Assembly: GCA_963825005.1 (NCBI GenBank)
Contig: CAWGRP010000015.1
Location: 65,748-129,747, forward strand
Length of the DNA stretch: 64,000 bases
Direction: 5' to 3'
Source: an uncultured delta proteobacterium
Lineage (GTDB): Bacteria > Desulfobacterota > Syntrophorhabdia > Syntrophorhabdales > WCHB1-27
Shown here: one piece after another, positions 1-10,334 of the stretch
Position numbering within the stretch: the first letter of the stretch is position 1
Layout: every line of letters begins with the position of its first letter
Translations under genes and position numbers: made by a program
The notes under the pieces: model-generated
Seen by the model: the letters and a program-made list of their open reading frames with translations, nothing else
What the model was told of the DNA's origin: nothing
Database searches by the model: none

Positions 1-380
1 GATATCAGTAACGCATTTGGCTCCGTCACGAAGCCCGGAGTGTTGCTCGCGTAGATGTTGTTGAATATGATCCGCCAGCCGTCCGACCTTTCCCACATAA
101 CGCGCTGGATGATGTCCAGCTGGCGATCGGCTTCCGCGCCGGAAGTGCCGGCGGAGATCAGGCGGGAACGGTATTGATTAAATAGCATTCGGGGGCGATC
201 GACCGGCGGAGCGCTCGGCAGCCATTCCAAGAACTGCTGCCAGACCGCCTCGTTGGATGGCTGTGCCTGGATCTGGCCCGAGAGCACTTTCGATTCCTGC
301 GCGTTCGCGTGGTGGAGAGGAGTGATGAAAAGACTGGAAAGAATAGCCACAACGAAGAGCAGACTCTTAAGCCTAAACAT
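1..380 (-). CDS. exported protein of unknown function, N-terminal part only (gene continues beyond left edge)
   Basis: Own translation: reverse-strand ATG at 378-380, frame open to base 1 (absent from ORF track because no stop in window). MFRLKSLLFVVAILSSLFITPLHHANA/QESKVLSGQIQ... = signal peptide plus soluble domain. Confidence 0.5.
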   Translation of the reverse strand, partial: MFRLKSLLFVVAILSSLFITPLHHANAQESKVLSGQIQAQPSNEAVWQQFLEWLPSAPPVDRPRMLFNQYRSRLISAGTSGAEADRQLDIIQRVMWERSDGWRIIFNNIYASNTPGFVTEPNALLI

Positions 381-626
381 GTTTGGCCTCCTTGCTGGCT
401 CTATATGCAGTCCGGTAGCTATACCGGTTCTTGCGAAATTTCTTCGATTTATCTCCTTTGACCTATTCCGTCCTTGTGGGTGTATAAAAATGTTAATCTC
501 CTGAAAACGGTACGTCTTGAAGACAGAAATTACGATAAAGCCTCCAAAAAACAGGGGTCTCCTCTGGAGGCCTTATCGGTGCCTCTCCATGAAATGCATC
601 GCACGGCCTCGTTCTTGAACCACCAT

Positions 627-1092
627 CTACTCTACTTTCTCCCACACCTGTCGAGAGATGACCGTTTTGGACGGATCTCTGGGGAAAGGCTGCGGGTCGG
701 CCGTCAATGTGAGACGGTTGCCGAAGAGCTCCCATTTACGGACCTGATCTTTTCCATTCCAGTTGTCAACCCATGAAACATCTACTCTTACTATGAGTTT
801 ATTTCCCTCGATACGGTACACGCCTGACCAACCGGTCAGCGTGTCGAAGAGCGCGGCTTTCTCAGCCACAGAGGTGCCGAATTGCCTTCTTTCTGCTGTA
901 AAGAATGAGACAACACGGGTTGGCGTTACCACAAGGTACCCCTTTGGAGCCTTCCCCATGTTTTCGGTCAACGTCCCCTCTATATCGAGGATATTTGAAA
1001 CCATCTTGTAGGTTCCAACGAGGGATTGCTGCCCCAAAGCTTGGACAGGCAACCAACAGGACCAGGAAAAGACCACAAATCAATCGAATCAT
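627..1092 (-). pseudogene. lipocalin-like-domain exported protein, frame broken between signal peptide and mature domain
   Basis: SD GAGGAGG + ATG at 1092 gives signal peptide MIRLICGLFLVLLVACPSFG (frame of ORF 862-1197). The mature part QQSLVGTYKMVSN...RKWELFGNRLTL lies in the frame of ORF 627-1076. The switch is at a C4 run near 1032-1035. Confidence 0.55.
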
Positions 1093-1290
1093 TTGCACCT
1101 CCTCGGGTAGTGCGCATATGGTGACATCGGACGCCGCTACGCACAGCGCGACGGCCAACGTGCAATCCAGGTGATTGCAAGGTACTTCCAGGCTCACCCT
1201 CTCGTCGGGCTCCCTCCTTCGTGTATTATGGTGTCACTATGTACTGGCCATAGACTCTGGTGCATGGCTCATATCGCCACCTCTTTTTGC

Positions 1291-1479
1291 TCACGTAGCC
1301 ACGTTGGCGTGGCTGTTCCGCACAGACGTCGACGGGCTTGCCTTTGCCGCGCTGAAAAACTGTCTTATTTTACGAAGCAGATAACCGGAGCATCGGGATG
1401 CAAGAAAGGCCACGAAGGCCACTCCGATCAGACCTAGAAGCACGAACAAGCTGCCATTGACGGCAAGGAATCTTCCCAT
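1291..1479 (-). CDS. small membrane protein (62 aa), unknown function
   Basis: GGAGG 5 nt upstream of ATG; one hydrophobic helix (SLFVLLGLIGVAFVAFLA); no family recognised. Confidence 0.35.
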   Translation of the reverse strand: MGRFLAVNGSLFVLLGLIGVAFVAFLASRCSGYLLRKIRQFFSAAKASPSTSVRNSHANVAT

Positions 1480-1587
1480 GATATCCTCCTTCTTTGCTTC
1501 GGCTTCAGGGTGAGGTTCTCGTTAGTACAATCGTTGCTCACACTTCCCTTTGAGGATTCTTGACGGTCCTCACACGCCTATCCTGCA

Positions 1588-1773
1588 TTAGCCGAAAAGC
1601 TCGTTGTGACCTGATAGCCGTCGCGCCCGCTTTGCAGTGGCAGCGTTGAAACGATCCCGCGATTTATGAGGCAGCGAGGTGAACCAGTGGATGAAAGCAA
1701 GCATACCCGGGAATACGATGCGCTGAGCCGCAACAAATAACAGGCCACCCTTCATTTCATGAGCACTTACCAT
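1588..1773 (-). CDS. small hypothetical protein (61 aa)
   Basis: GGAGG about 7 nt upstream of ATG; one hydrophobic segment; no family recognised. Confidence 0.3.
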   Translation of the reverse strand: MVSAHEMKGGLLFVAAQRIVFPGMLAFIHWFTSLPHKSRDRFNAATAKRARRLSGHNELFG

Positions 1774-1959
1774 AAAGCACCTCCTTCCTTCCTTTATTTG
1801 AAAGCATTTCGCTCTCCTACCATGTCCTCCCGTGAAATGTTTTCATAATAATTCTCGCATATGGTAGGATAGCTCATGATTCGAACCGTGAGACTTTGTT
1901 CATAGTCTGTAACTTGCCGATACCGCTCGTTTATTTTTTGATGACGTAGCGAATCAAAA

Positions 1960-3936
1960 ATGGAAGAAAGAGCGAAACAGTCCATAAGAATCGATCTGGC
2001 CCAGTTCAAACTCCATATCCACCTCAAATCCAAGACTGAATTAACCCTCTATTTCGATTCACCCTCGCGGAGGTTCTATTTCTCGGTCATAGCCCTGGTG
2101 ATCAACGAGATGAAGAAAGCGCGGCAGATTACGTCCATCCCGCTGGAAACCCATACTGACCAGCTTATGCTTCTTAACGAAACCGTTGGAGACTCCGCAG
2201 GATCGTCGGAGAACCTGATCCCCCGGATTTACCGAAAATGGAAGGACGTTCTTCCCGACCTGGAGAACGCCCCACTTTTCAAAGTTATGGGAAGAAAGAA
2301 GGAGGAAGACGGAACCGGAAAAACTTACCGGTTCTCGGAGGCGGAAAAAGACCTCTGGGCCAATCTCTTTGAATACAAGGGCAGCGAAGAGCATGTCAGG
2401 CTCAGGTTCTCGATAGACAAATTAGGGGCTGGTTTGGATGATGTGGTCGTCGTCTATGAGGACTCCCTTAATGGAGACGCGTGGGAGCGGTTTATCGCAA
2501 GTCTTAAAGCCAAGCCGGACGAAAGGCTTGTACCAGAACCTTATGTCACAATCCCTGAGGCCTCTTCGGTTTCGACTACCGGCGGTGAAAACGAGCAGGC
2601 TGAGGCTCATACCTCACCAGCGGGCTGCCCTTATTGCCATACTGGCAGTGGCCGTGGGAATTGCTTCCTTCGTGACGTGGCACGCCTATGGGCGTGCGAA
2701 TAACCGCGCCTCGATCGAGAAGATGGCCTTTCCCCTGCCTGATAAACCGTCAATTGCCGTGCTTCCTTTTGTGAACATGAGCAAGGACCCTGAACAGGAC
2801 TACTTCTGTGACGGAATGACCGACCAGATCATCACGAGCCTGTCCATCATCCCACGCCTTTTTGTCATTGCCAGGGAGTCCACGTTCGTGTACAAGGGCA
2901 AAGCCGTCAAGGTACAGAAGGTGGCCGAGGACATGGGAGTGCGCTACGTGCTGGAGGGCAGCGTTCAGAAATCACAAGACAGGGTTCGCGTCCTGGTCCA
3001 GCTCATCGATGCGATAAAGGGGGTTCATCTCTGGTCGGAACGCTACGACAAGGACCTCAAGGATCTCTTTGCCCTGCAGGATGAGATCGCACGGCACGTT
3101 ATGACAGCCCTTCAAGTGAAATTGACGGAAGGCGATTATGCGAGCGGGATAGCCGGAACTACTTCCAATCTCAAGGCCCTCGAATGCTTCTGGCGTGCCG
3201 AGGAGCATTTTTTCAAGTTCTCGAAAGAGGATAATGCTGTCTGCCCGTACAGTGGGCGGAAAAAGCCGTTGAGCTGGACCCGAACTTTGCCGGGGCATGG
3301 GCGATTCTGGGTTTTACGCATTTTTCGGATGCGATGTTCGGTTATGTGAAGACCCCTGCCCAATCGATAAAGCTGGCAGAGGAATGCGGACAAAAGGCGA
3401 TATCAATTAATGATTCCTGTGCCAAGGGTCATGGTTGTCTGGCCCGAACACGCAACGTTCAGGGCAGGTATGATGAGGCTGTCGAACACGGTGAGAAGGG
3501 CCTCGCTGTCAATCCCAACGATCCTGGCATGATGGTCATCTTAGCGACTGTCATCCAAAGTGTTGGAAGATTCGACGAGGCAATCGCACTCTTAAGAAAG
3601 CGATGCGCATATCCCCGTACTACCCGGCCTTTTGGCTGGACCGTATCGCCTTGGCATACCTCTCAACCGGACGCTACCAGGAGGCGATCGAAGCATGCGA
3701 GCTCATGCTTGACCGAAGCCGTAAAGGTGAGGTCAACCCCTTTTTCGCACATCTTTACCTGGCTGAGGCTTACGCAGGGCTCGGTCAGATAGATAAAGCC
3801 AAGGCCCAAGCTAAAGAAGTGGTGAAGATAAAGCCCAATTTTTCCCTGGAGGGCGAGAAACTCCTGGCAGCTTACAAAGACCCGGCGCACAAAGAACATC
3901 ATTTCGCTTGCACTGCGCAAGGCAGGGCTCAATTAA
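1960..3936 (+). pseudogene. membrane-anchored TolB-like/TPR protein with unknown N-terminal domain, at least four frame changes
   Basis: One protein is spread over ORFs 1960-2703, 2438-3349, 3334-3792 and 3603-4037 (frames 1,2,1,3). Parts: unknown ~200-aa N-domain, TM helix AALIAILAVAVGIASFVTW, TolB-N-like module PDKPSIAVLPFVNMS..DYFCDGMTDQIITSLS..GVRYVLEGSVQ, TPR repeats. A further shift near 3897 restores a typical ...IISLALRKAGLN* end at 3936. Confidence 0.7.
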
Positions 3937-4248
3937 GAATAGGCTCCTCATGCACATTTTCGTCCGTAATCGTTAGTCTCGGAAGTTATCGCAAGGTGAG
4001 CAGTTGTGTCTTCAATAAATCGCGCGGGCTCACCTGATCCTTCCTGAAACATGCAGTCTGCCCTTCTGTTAAAATTGGGGAACATTTGAGATGGCAATCT
4101 TGACTCCTGGTCTGACAACGCGAAAGTTCCGCTATGCTCAGGAGTGCATGGTAATTACCAAAAATTGCTTGACAGAACAGTAGCACAATCGTAACAGTAT
4201 AGCGACACATCCACCACATCCCTCAGAATTGGAGTTAGTAGGAAATAT

Positions 4249-4737
4249 ATGAGGTTTGCTATAAAGAGTATAGTGAGATTGGCAATAATCATGAATGTAT
4301 TTGTGTTTCTATTTTCATGTGCGACGGCTCCAGACGTTAGTGTTTCGCCGGCAGTGGATCAAAAAATCGTTCCGCCAGGCGAAAATGTTCCGGCAGACAT
4401 TCGCGCCGCTTTCGGACCAACAGGTAGGTGGGGTGGTGCGGATGGAAGTGACGGCATCTGGTTTGGCACAGATGCCATGAATATCATGTCCAGAGTTCCT
4501 GGTAAACTCACAATTTTTGAACTCACCTCTTCTGAAGCAATTGTTCAAATAAATTATGGAAAACAAATATATATTCGGAGGGCTGTGGTTATTAAACGGT
4601 CCGAACAGATTTGCCTTCAAGTTGAAAAACTTGGTTTTAATTCACCCACTTTTTGCTATCAAGCAGACGGGAAAATTATCGGAACATGGAACGCAAGAGG
4701 CGGTGGAGTTTTTATTTCCTTAGTTCCTGTTGATTAA
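4249..4737 (+). CDS. lipoprotein, unknown function
   Basis: Signal peptide ending in lipobox-like FLFS/C, then soluble domain; AGGA upstream of ATG. Confidence 0.55.
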   Translation: MRFAIKSIVRLAIIMNVFVFLFSCATAPDVSVSPAVDQKIVPPGENVPADIRAAFGPTGRWGGADGSDGIWFGTDAMNIMSRVPGKLTIFELTSSEAIVQINYGKQIYIRRAVVIKRSEQICLQVEKLGFNSPTFCYQADGKIIGTWNARGGGVFISLVPVD

Positions 4738-4813
4738 ACCATGAAGTAGGATCTTTATTCTGACGAGGGATTTCTCAGAACCGGAGTTATAGGAAATCGA
4801 TAGGAGGAGTGAA

Positions 4814-5227
4814 ATGAGAAGAATCGCAGCAGTTATTACATTATTATTGTTCTTTGGTATCGGTTTTTGCTCCCTTCTTCAAGCCGAAGACGGCAAGTGC
4901 GTCCCTCTTTCTATGGGATCTTATAGGGGAGTCTTTGCGACAAATTTTGCTAAGGCCACAGATTCCGTCATCAAGATTGACCGCGTCGATGGGGATCAGA
5001 TTGAAGGATCCTTCACCCGTTTTTTCGGTGAGGATAGCACTCCTTTCGTCTCCAAACTGGAGAAGACTAGTGGAGGCGACAAATTCACTTTCACAAGCAA
5101 GCTCTGGAGCGGAAGCTTTGAGTGCCGTGGGCTGGAAGACGGTAATCTAAAATGTCTGAGAGACGGAGGCAGGAGAGGGGATTTCAGTGAAGCCATTTTC
5201 AAGAAGACAAACTGGGGTCGGCAATAG
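4814..5227 (+). CDS. exported protein, unknown function
   Basis: SD GGAGGAG just upstream of ATG; signal peptide LLLFFGIGFCSLLQA/ED. The last codons and the stop lie inside the first REP-like repeat. Confidence 0.55.
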   Translation: MRRIAAVITLLLFFGIGFCSLLQAEDGKCVPLSMGSYRGVFATNFAKATDSVIKIDRVDGDQIEGSFTRFFGEDSTPFVSKLEKTSGGDKFTFTSKLWSGSFECRGLEDGNLKCLRDGGRRGDFSEAIFKKTNWGRQ

Positions 5228-5324
5228 GGACGCCCATAAGATTATAATATTTACATACACGAGCCTTTCTGGGGTCGGCAATAGGGACGCCATAAGATTA
5301 TAATATTTACATACACGAGCCCTT
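5212..5324. repeat. two tandem copies of a 56-57-bp REP-like unit
   Basis: ctggggtcggcaatagggacgcccataagattataatatttacatacacgagcctttct repeated head-to-tail (5212-5268, 5269-5324), differing by one indel and about one substitution. Confidence 0.85.
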
Positions 5325-5340
5325 CTGTTACACTTGACGT

Positions 5341-6351
5341 ATGCCGCGCAAGTCCAGAATAGACACTGCAGGCGCACTCCATCACCTCATAGTCCGCGGT
5401 ATTGAACGACGGCGTATTTTCCGGGACGATGTTGATCGAGACAGGTTCCTTGACCGGCTGGGCGCCCTGCTCAAGGAGTCACGAACGATCTGTTATGCCT
5501 GGGCGATTCTTCCGAATCACGTTCATCTTCTCCTGCGCACGGGCGTTGTGCCGTTGGCCACCTTCATGCGTCGACTTCTTACCGGATATGCCGTCTCATT
5601 TAACAAAAGACACCGACGGCATGGCCACCTTTTTCAGAATCGGTATAAATCGATCCTTTGTGAAGAAGACTCCTATTTCCTGGAACTGGTGCGCTACATC
5701 CATTTAAATCCGGTCCGTGCCCGAATCGTCTCCGGCGTAGAGGGACTCGATCATTATTGCTATGCGGGCCATATGGCGCTTGTGGGCAATGCAGTAAGGG
5801 ATTGGCAGATTACGCAGGATGTGCTGACACACTTCAGTCCCCATCTCAAAAAAGCCCGGATGCTCTACCGAACATTTGTGGAAAAAGGCGCATCCCGGGG
5901 CCGAAGGAAGGATCTTACCGGTGGTGGCGTCATCCGTAGCACTAAGGGATGGCATCCTGCGAAGGGCGAGTCTGTGCGACCAAAAGGTGACGAACGCATC
6001 CTCGGCAGCAGCGCGTTTGTCCTGAAGGCACTGACCGCTGCGAAGGAAGTCTGGGAGCGCGCCTACACTCTGCGAGCACACGGTGTCGATTTCAAGCAGC
6101 TTCTTGAGCACGTAGCGCAGATCTGCAATCTCACCGCTGAGGACGTGCTGTCGCCAGGCAAACAGCGACAGCGGGTTCGCGCACGAAGCGTGCTCTGCTT
6201 CTGGGCAGTGAGGGAATTGGGAATGACAGAAACCGCTCTTTCGAGGGAACTTGGAGTTTCACAGCCGGCCGTGAGTAACGCTGTCAGCAGGGGCGAGAGG
6301 ACGGTCAGGAGTGAGGCTCTCTCTATAGGCGAATTGGCAGGAAAGTTATGA
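5341..6351 (+). CDS. IS200/IS605-type Y1 (HUH) transposase of the REP-associated (RAYT-like) kind, with C-terminal DnaA-C-like HTH
   Basis: HUH motif LPNHVHLLL; catalytic Tyr region LVRYIHLNPVRA; C-terminal HTH LCFWAVRELGMTETALSRELGVSQPAVSNAVSRGE. Confidence 0.85.
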   Translation: MPRKSRIDTAGALHHLIVRGIERRRIFRDDVDRDRFLDRLGALLKESRTICYAWAILPNHVHLLLRTGVVPLATFMRRLLTGYAVSFNKRHRRHGHLFQNRYKSILCEEDSYFLELVRYIHLNPVRARIVSGVEGLDHYCYAGHMALVGNAVRDWQITQDVLTHFSPHLKKARMLYRTFVEKGASRGRRKDLTGGGVIRSTKGWHPAKGESVRPKGDERILGSSAFVLKALTAAKEVWERAYTLRAHGVDFKQLLEHVAQICNLTAEDVLSPGKQRQRVRARSVLCFWAVRELGMTETALSRELGVSQPAVSNAVSRGERTVRSEALSIGELAGKL

Positions 6352-6375
6352 TCTTATGGGCGTCCCTATTGGCCT
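6347..6375. repeat. inverted copy of the REP-like core
   Basis: ttatgatcttatgggcgtccctattggcc is the reverse complement of the core caatagggacgcccataagat(t/c)ataa present in both left-hand units. It overlaps the transposase stop codon. Confidence 0.8.
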
Positions 6376-6536
6376 ACTGGGTTTGTGTTTTGCGTTCCGA
6401 CCTTGTTTAGATCACTGAGAGATTACCAGTGATGAACCAAAAAAGACAGTTGACGGCCTCCAGTGCGGTCGCTATACTTGTTAAGAGGCAGGGTCGTCTG
6501 GTTTTTCCCGCAAAGCATATCATCAGGAGGATGATC

Positions 6537-8523
6537 ATGGCTGTGACACGCACCTGTATCCGAACGATGGCGTGCCTGACTCTTCTCTTTGTTATTCTCA
6601 TTCTCGATCACGGTGTAAGTCAAGCCCAGAGTTACCACTTTGTGACACAGTGGGTTTCTTACGGCGCTCGTGGCGTGGCCGTGCGACACGTCGGGCAATG
6701 TTTACGTGGCGGGCTATGAGTACGATCGCATCCAGAAGTTCACGTCGACAGGCGCTTTCGTGACCGAGTGGGGTACGCATGGGGCTGGACCAGGGGAGTT
6801 CAACAAACCCGCCGGCGTGGCCGTCGACACGTCGGGTAATGTTTATGTGGCGGACACCGGCAACGGCCGCATCCAGAAGTTCACGTCGACAGGCGCTTTC
6901 GTGACGGCCTGGGGTTCGGGAGGGGCGGGGAACGGGCAGTTCAACCTTCCCCGTGGTTTGGCCGTCGACACGTCGGGTAATGTTTACGTGGCGGACGACA
7001 ACAACGGCCGCATCCAGAAGTTCACGTCGGCTGGCGCCTTCGTGACCTCCTGGGGTTCTCCTGGGACGGGGAATGGCCAGTTCAACGTTCCCAATGGTGT
7101 GGCCGTCGACACGTCGGGCAATGTCTACGTGGCGGACACCGGCAACTATCGCATCCAGAAGTTCACGTCGACCGGGGCCTTCGTGACCTCCTGGGGTACT
7201 CCTGGGACCGCGGATGGGCCGTTCGCTCCCACTGGTGTGGCCGTCGACACCCTGGGGTACATCTATGCGGCGGATGGCATCAACAATCGCATTCAGAAGT
7301 TCACGTCCACAGGGGGCCTCGTGACCTCCTGGGGTACTTATGGGCTGCAGTTCTATGGTCCCTATGGTGTGGCCGTCGACACGTCGGGCAATGTCTACGT
7401 GGCGGACACCAACATCCAGGTCTTCACGCCTGGGGGAACTTTCATCGATGGCCAGTGCGGCCCCTCGAATGGCGGCACGTTTGCCACGGCGCCGACCACC
7501 AACCTATGCAGTGTAGGCACACCCAGTGGCATCACGGTTGTAGGCCAACCCACCAACCTCTCGGCAGGTATCTGGACGTGGACGTGTGCAGGGCTGAACG
7601 GCGGCTACACGGCGACGTGTTCGGCCGTGTCTCGTCTCGTCCTGTACACCGCCTTTGTTGATTACCCTGGTCAAAACGGTACTTATTTCTGGGGTGGCAG
7701 CTACGACTCCGACTGGTGGAGGCTCACCCCCTCGATTGCGCAGAACATGGTGGCCGCTGGTCCATACCTCTACGCCGATTTTGGGTCTGGCGGTACCTGG
7801 TTATGGAGTGGCATCACCTGGAGCGAGCTCGCCTCGTCGAGTCCACAGAACATGGTGGCCTCGGAATCGCTCTTCTATGCCAACTTCGGGTCAGCCGGTT
7901 TGTGGCCCAACTTCGGGTCAGCCGGTCTGTGGCTGTATAACGGCAGCACCTGGAGCAAGCTCACCCCCTCGATTGCGCAGAAGATGGTGGCCTCGGGATC
8001 ACTCCTCTATGCCGACTTCGGGTACGACGGTATCTGGCTCTGGAACGGCACCACCTGGAGGAAGCTCACTTCTTCAAACCCCGAGAACATGGTTGCCTCT
8101 GGATCACTCCTCTATGCCGATTTTGGCTACGACGGTACCTGGCTCTGGAACGGCACCACCTGGAGGAAGCTCACTTCTTCAAACCCCGAGATCATGGTAG
8201 CCTCGGAAGCCTTCCTCTATACCGACTTCGGGTATGACGGTATCTGGCTCTGGAACGGCAGCACCTGGAGGAAGCTCACCTCCTCGAATGCGCAGAACAT
8301 GGTAGCCTCTGGATCACTCCTCTATGCCGATTTTGGTAATGACGGTACCTGGCTCTGGAACGGCAGCATCTGGAGGAAGCTCACTTCTTCAAACCCCGAC
8401 AACATGGTGGCCGCTGGTCCATACCTCTACACCGATTTTGGTAATGAGGGTACCTGGTTCTGGAATGGCAATGACTGGAGCAAGCTCGATACGAGGAGTC
8501 CACAGATTATGGTGGTTCCTTGA
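6537..8523 (+). pseudogene. secreted NHL-repeat / beta-propeller-repeat protein, one frame change near the 5' end
   Basis: SD AGGAGG + ATG 6537 gives signal peptide MAVTRTCIRTMACLTLLFVILILDHGVSQA (frame of ORF 6429-6719). The body is in ORF 6670-8523: six NHL-type units (GVAVDTSGNVYVAD..RIQKFTSTGAFVT.WG), then eight ~39-aa units (LWNGxxWxKLTSSNPxNMVASGSLLYADFGxDG). An extra G at ~6683 (gccgtGcgacacg versus gccgtcgacacg in sister repeats) causes the shift. Confidence 0.7.
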
Positions 8524-8681
8524 AGTGCGGAACGCTAAGCATGACTGACACGGGTCTGGGGACTCGGAGTCACCCTAGCTGCCTCTTTACCATGCCATTC
8601 ATTTCAATTGGTAACCCGTTACCTTGGCTAATAGACGTAGCGCTCGATTTGTAGGTGCTTAACGTCGTTGGTTCATTGGCC

Positions 8682-8703
8682 GTTCCTCGGAAGGAACCTT
8701 TTC
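8682..8703 (+). terminator. weak intrinsic terminator candidate
   Basis: GTTCCT-CGGA-AGGAAC hairpin followed by CTTTTC; the stem is only 6 bp. Confidence 0.25.
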
Positions 8704-8793
8704 ATGGTGATTGCTGAAGAGAAGGTGTGAAGAGAGCCACTCCGTTCCTTTCCGGAGCTTTTTCAAGCCCTGATCTCCGCATATCTCTCAATA

Positions 8794-10156
8794 TTACGCT
8801 TCGCTGCCGTGAGTGCTGGCAGCGGCGCTCCTGCGGGCCTCCGTCTCCGAGCCCATTCCGTGAAAATAAGCGTTCAGGATGACGGCCGAGATGGCCGCAA
8901 GCAGGATGCCGCTGTGGAGCAGAGGCGACAGCGTCTTCGGCATGTTCTGGAAGAACTTGCTCGAGATCAGCGGGATCATGCCCATGCCAACGCTGATTGC
9001 CACCACGTACAGGTTCTGGCGTTGCTTCTCGAAATCGACGCGGCTCAGGATGCGGATGCCGGTTGCTGCCACCATGCCGAACATCACGATGCCGGCGCCG
9101 CCCAGCACGAACTGGGGCACCGAGGCCACTACGTGGCCCATCTTGGGAAATAGACCGAACACGACCAGGATCACGCCGCCGGTGGCTGTCACCCAGCGGC
9201 TGCGCACGCCGGTCACGCCAACCAGGCCGACATTCTGCGAAAACGAGGTGTAAGGGAAGGTGTTGAAGATTCCACCGATCAGCGTACCGAGGCCGTCGGT
9301 CCGCAAGCCCACGGGTAAGGTCCTCCCGGCCAACGTGCCTGTCGGTGATCTCGCCGAGGGCGAGGAACATGCCGGTCGATTCGATCATTACCACGATCAT
9401 CACCAGACACATGGAGAGAATGGCGATAATATCGAACTTCGGCATGCCGAACTGAAACGGATAGACTAATGCGATCCATTTGGCCTCTGCCACGCCGCCA
9501 AAATTGACCTTGCCCATGACCATCGCGATGATGAAGCCGACGATGATGCCCAGGAGTACCGCAATATTGGCAAAGAAGCCTTTAACATACTTGATGATAA
9601 GCAGGATCACGAGCAGCACAATAAATGCTACTCCAAGATGCAGCGGGGCGCCATAATCAGGGGAGGTGGGCAGCCCGCCCGCAGCCCAGTTGATCCCCAC
9701 GCCCATGAGTGATATCCCGATCACCGAGATGATTGTGCCGGTGACCACCGGCGGAAATAGCGGCAATAGTCGGCTGATCAGCGGCGCAACGAGAATCCCG
9801 AAGATACCTGCCGTTATAACCGATCCGTAAATCCCGAGCAGTCCTATCTCCGGATTCACGGCCATTGCCATCATCGGGCTGACAGAGGCGAAGGTAACAC
9901 CCATCATGACGGGAAGCCGTATGCCGAATTTCCATATGCCGACCGACTGGATCAGCGTGACGACGCCGCAGGCGAACAGGTCGGCGCTGATGAGCAACGC
10001 GACTTGGTCTTTCGGCAGCTTCATGACGCCGCCGAGGATGAGCGGGACTGCGACGGCACCGGCGTACATCACCAGCACGTGCTGCAGACCGAGCAGAAAC
10101 AGTTTGCCTCCCGGCAATACCTCGTCTACCTGGTGAACGACTGTTTTGTTCGACAT
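8794..10156 (-). pseudogene. NCS2-family xanthine/uracil/urate permease, single frame change
   Basis: SD GGAGGAGG + ATG 10156 (MSNKTVVHQVDEVLPGGK...). The first ~285 aa are in ORF 8702-10189; the C-terminal ~175 aa (RTDGLGTLIGGIFNTFPYTSFSQNVGLVGVTGVRSR...) are in ORF 8794-9333. The junction ...REDLTRGL/RTDGLG... at ~9298-9306 needs removal of one base. Confidence 0.8.
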
Positions 10157-10180
10157 GGCCTCCTCCTGCGTAACATTATT

Positions 10181-10249
10181 GGGGCTCACGTCGCCCCCTC
10201 CAGTGGCAAAGCCACGTGGAGCCTCCCCCTCTCGCGAGCCGTGCTCGCT
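10181..10249 (-). repeat. ~68-nt two-hairpin repeat in the permease 5' leader (partner at 37767-37834)
   Basis: Read in gene direction: agcgagcacggctcgcgagagggggaggctccacgtggctttgccactggagggggcgacgtgagcccc. About 85% identical to 37767-37834. Ends 24 nt before the permease ATG. Confidence 0.75.
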
Positions 10250-10334
10250 ATTGTGGGGTCTCGATGCTCATACGTCATTTCTCGTTTTCATGGAAAGTTT
10301 GACATAACGATCGATTGTCTTGAGAAAGTTCGCA

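Larger units (their letters stand above)
5212..6375 (+). mobile_element. RAYT-type transposase unit bracketed by inverted REP-like repeats
   Basis: Y1 transposase gene flanked on the left by two direct REP-like units and on the right by one inverted unit (about 25 bp near-identical core). Confidence 0.65.

Noticed and set aside
5212-5324. CRISPR-like array.
   Set aside because: There are only two directly abutting 57-bp units without spacers. They match the inverted repeat on the other side of the Y1 transposase, so I read them as REP-type repeats.
7455-8548. Alternative-frame ORFs inside the NHL/propeller gene (7455-7661, 7655-8200, 7716-7940, 8324-8548).
   Set aside because: They are Pro/Gly/Ser/Thr-rich shadows generated by the repetitive DNA, while the main frame carries the recognisable repeats.
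10157-10334. Purine (guanine/xanthine) riboswitch upstream of the nucleobase permease.
   Set aside because: I could not find the conserved purine-riboswitch core (the junction around a three-way helix with the UAUAAU / CCGUAAAU-like elements). The leader is occupied by the 68-nt repeat instead. A cmscan run would be decisive.
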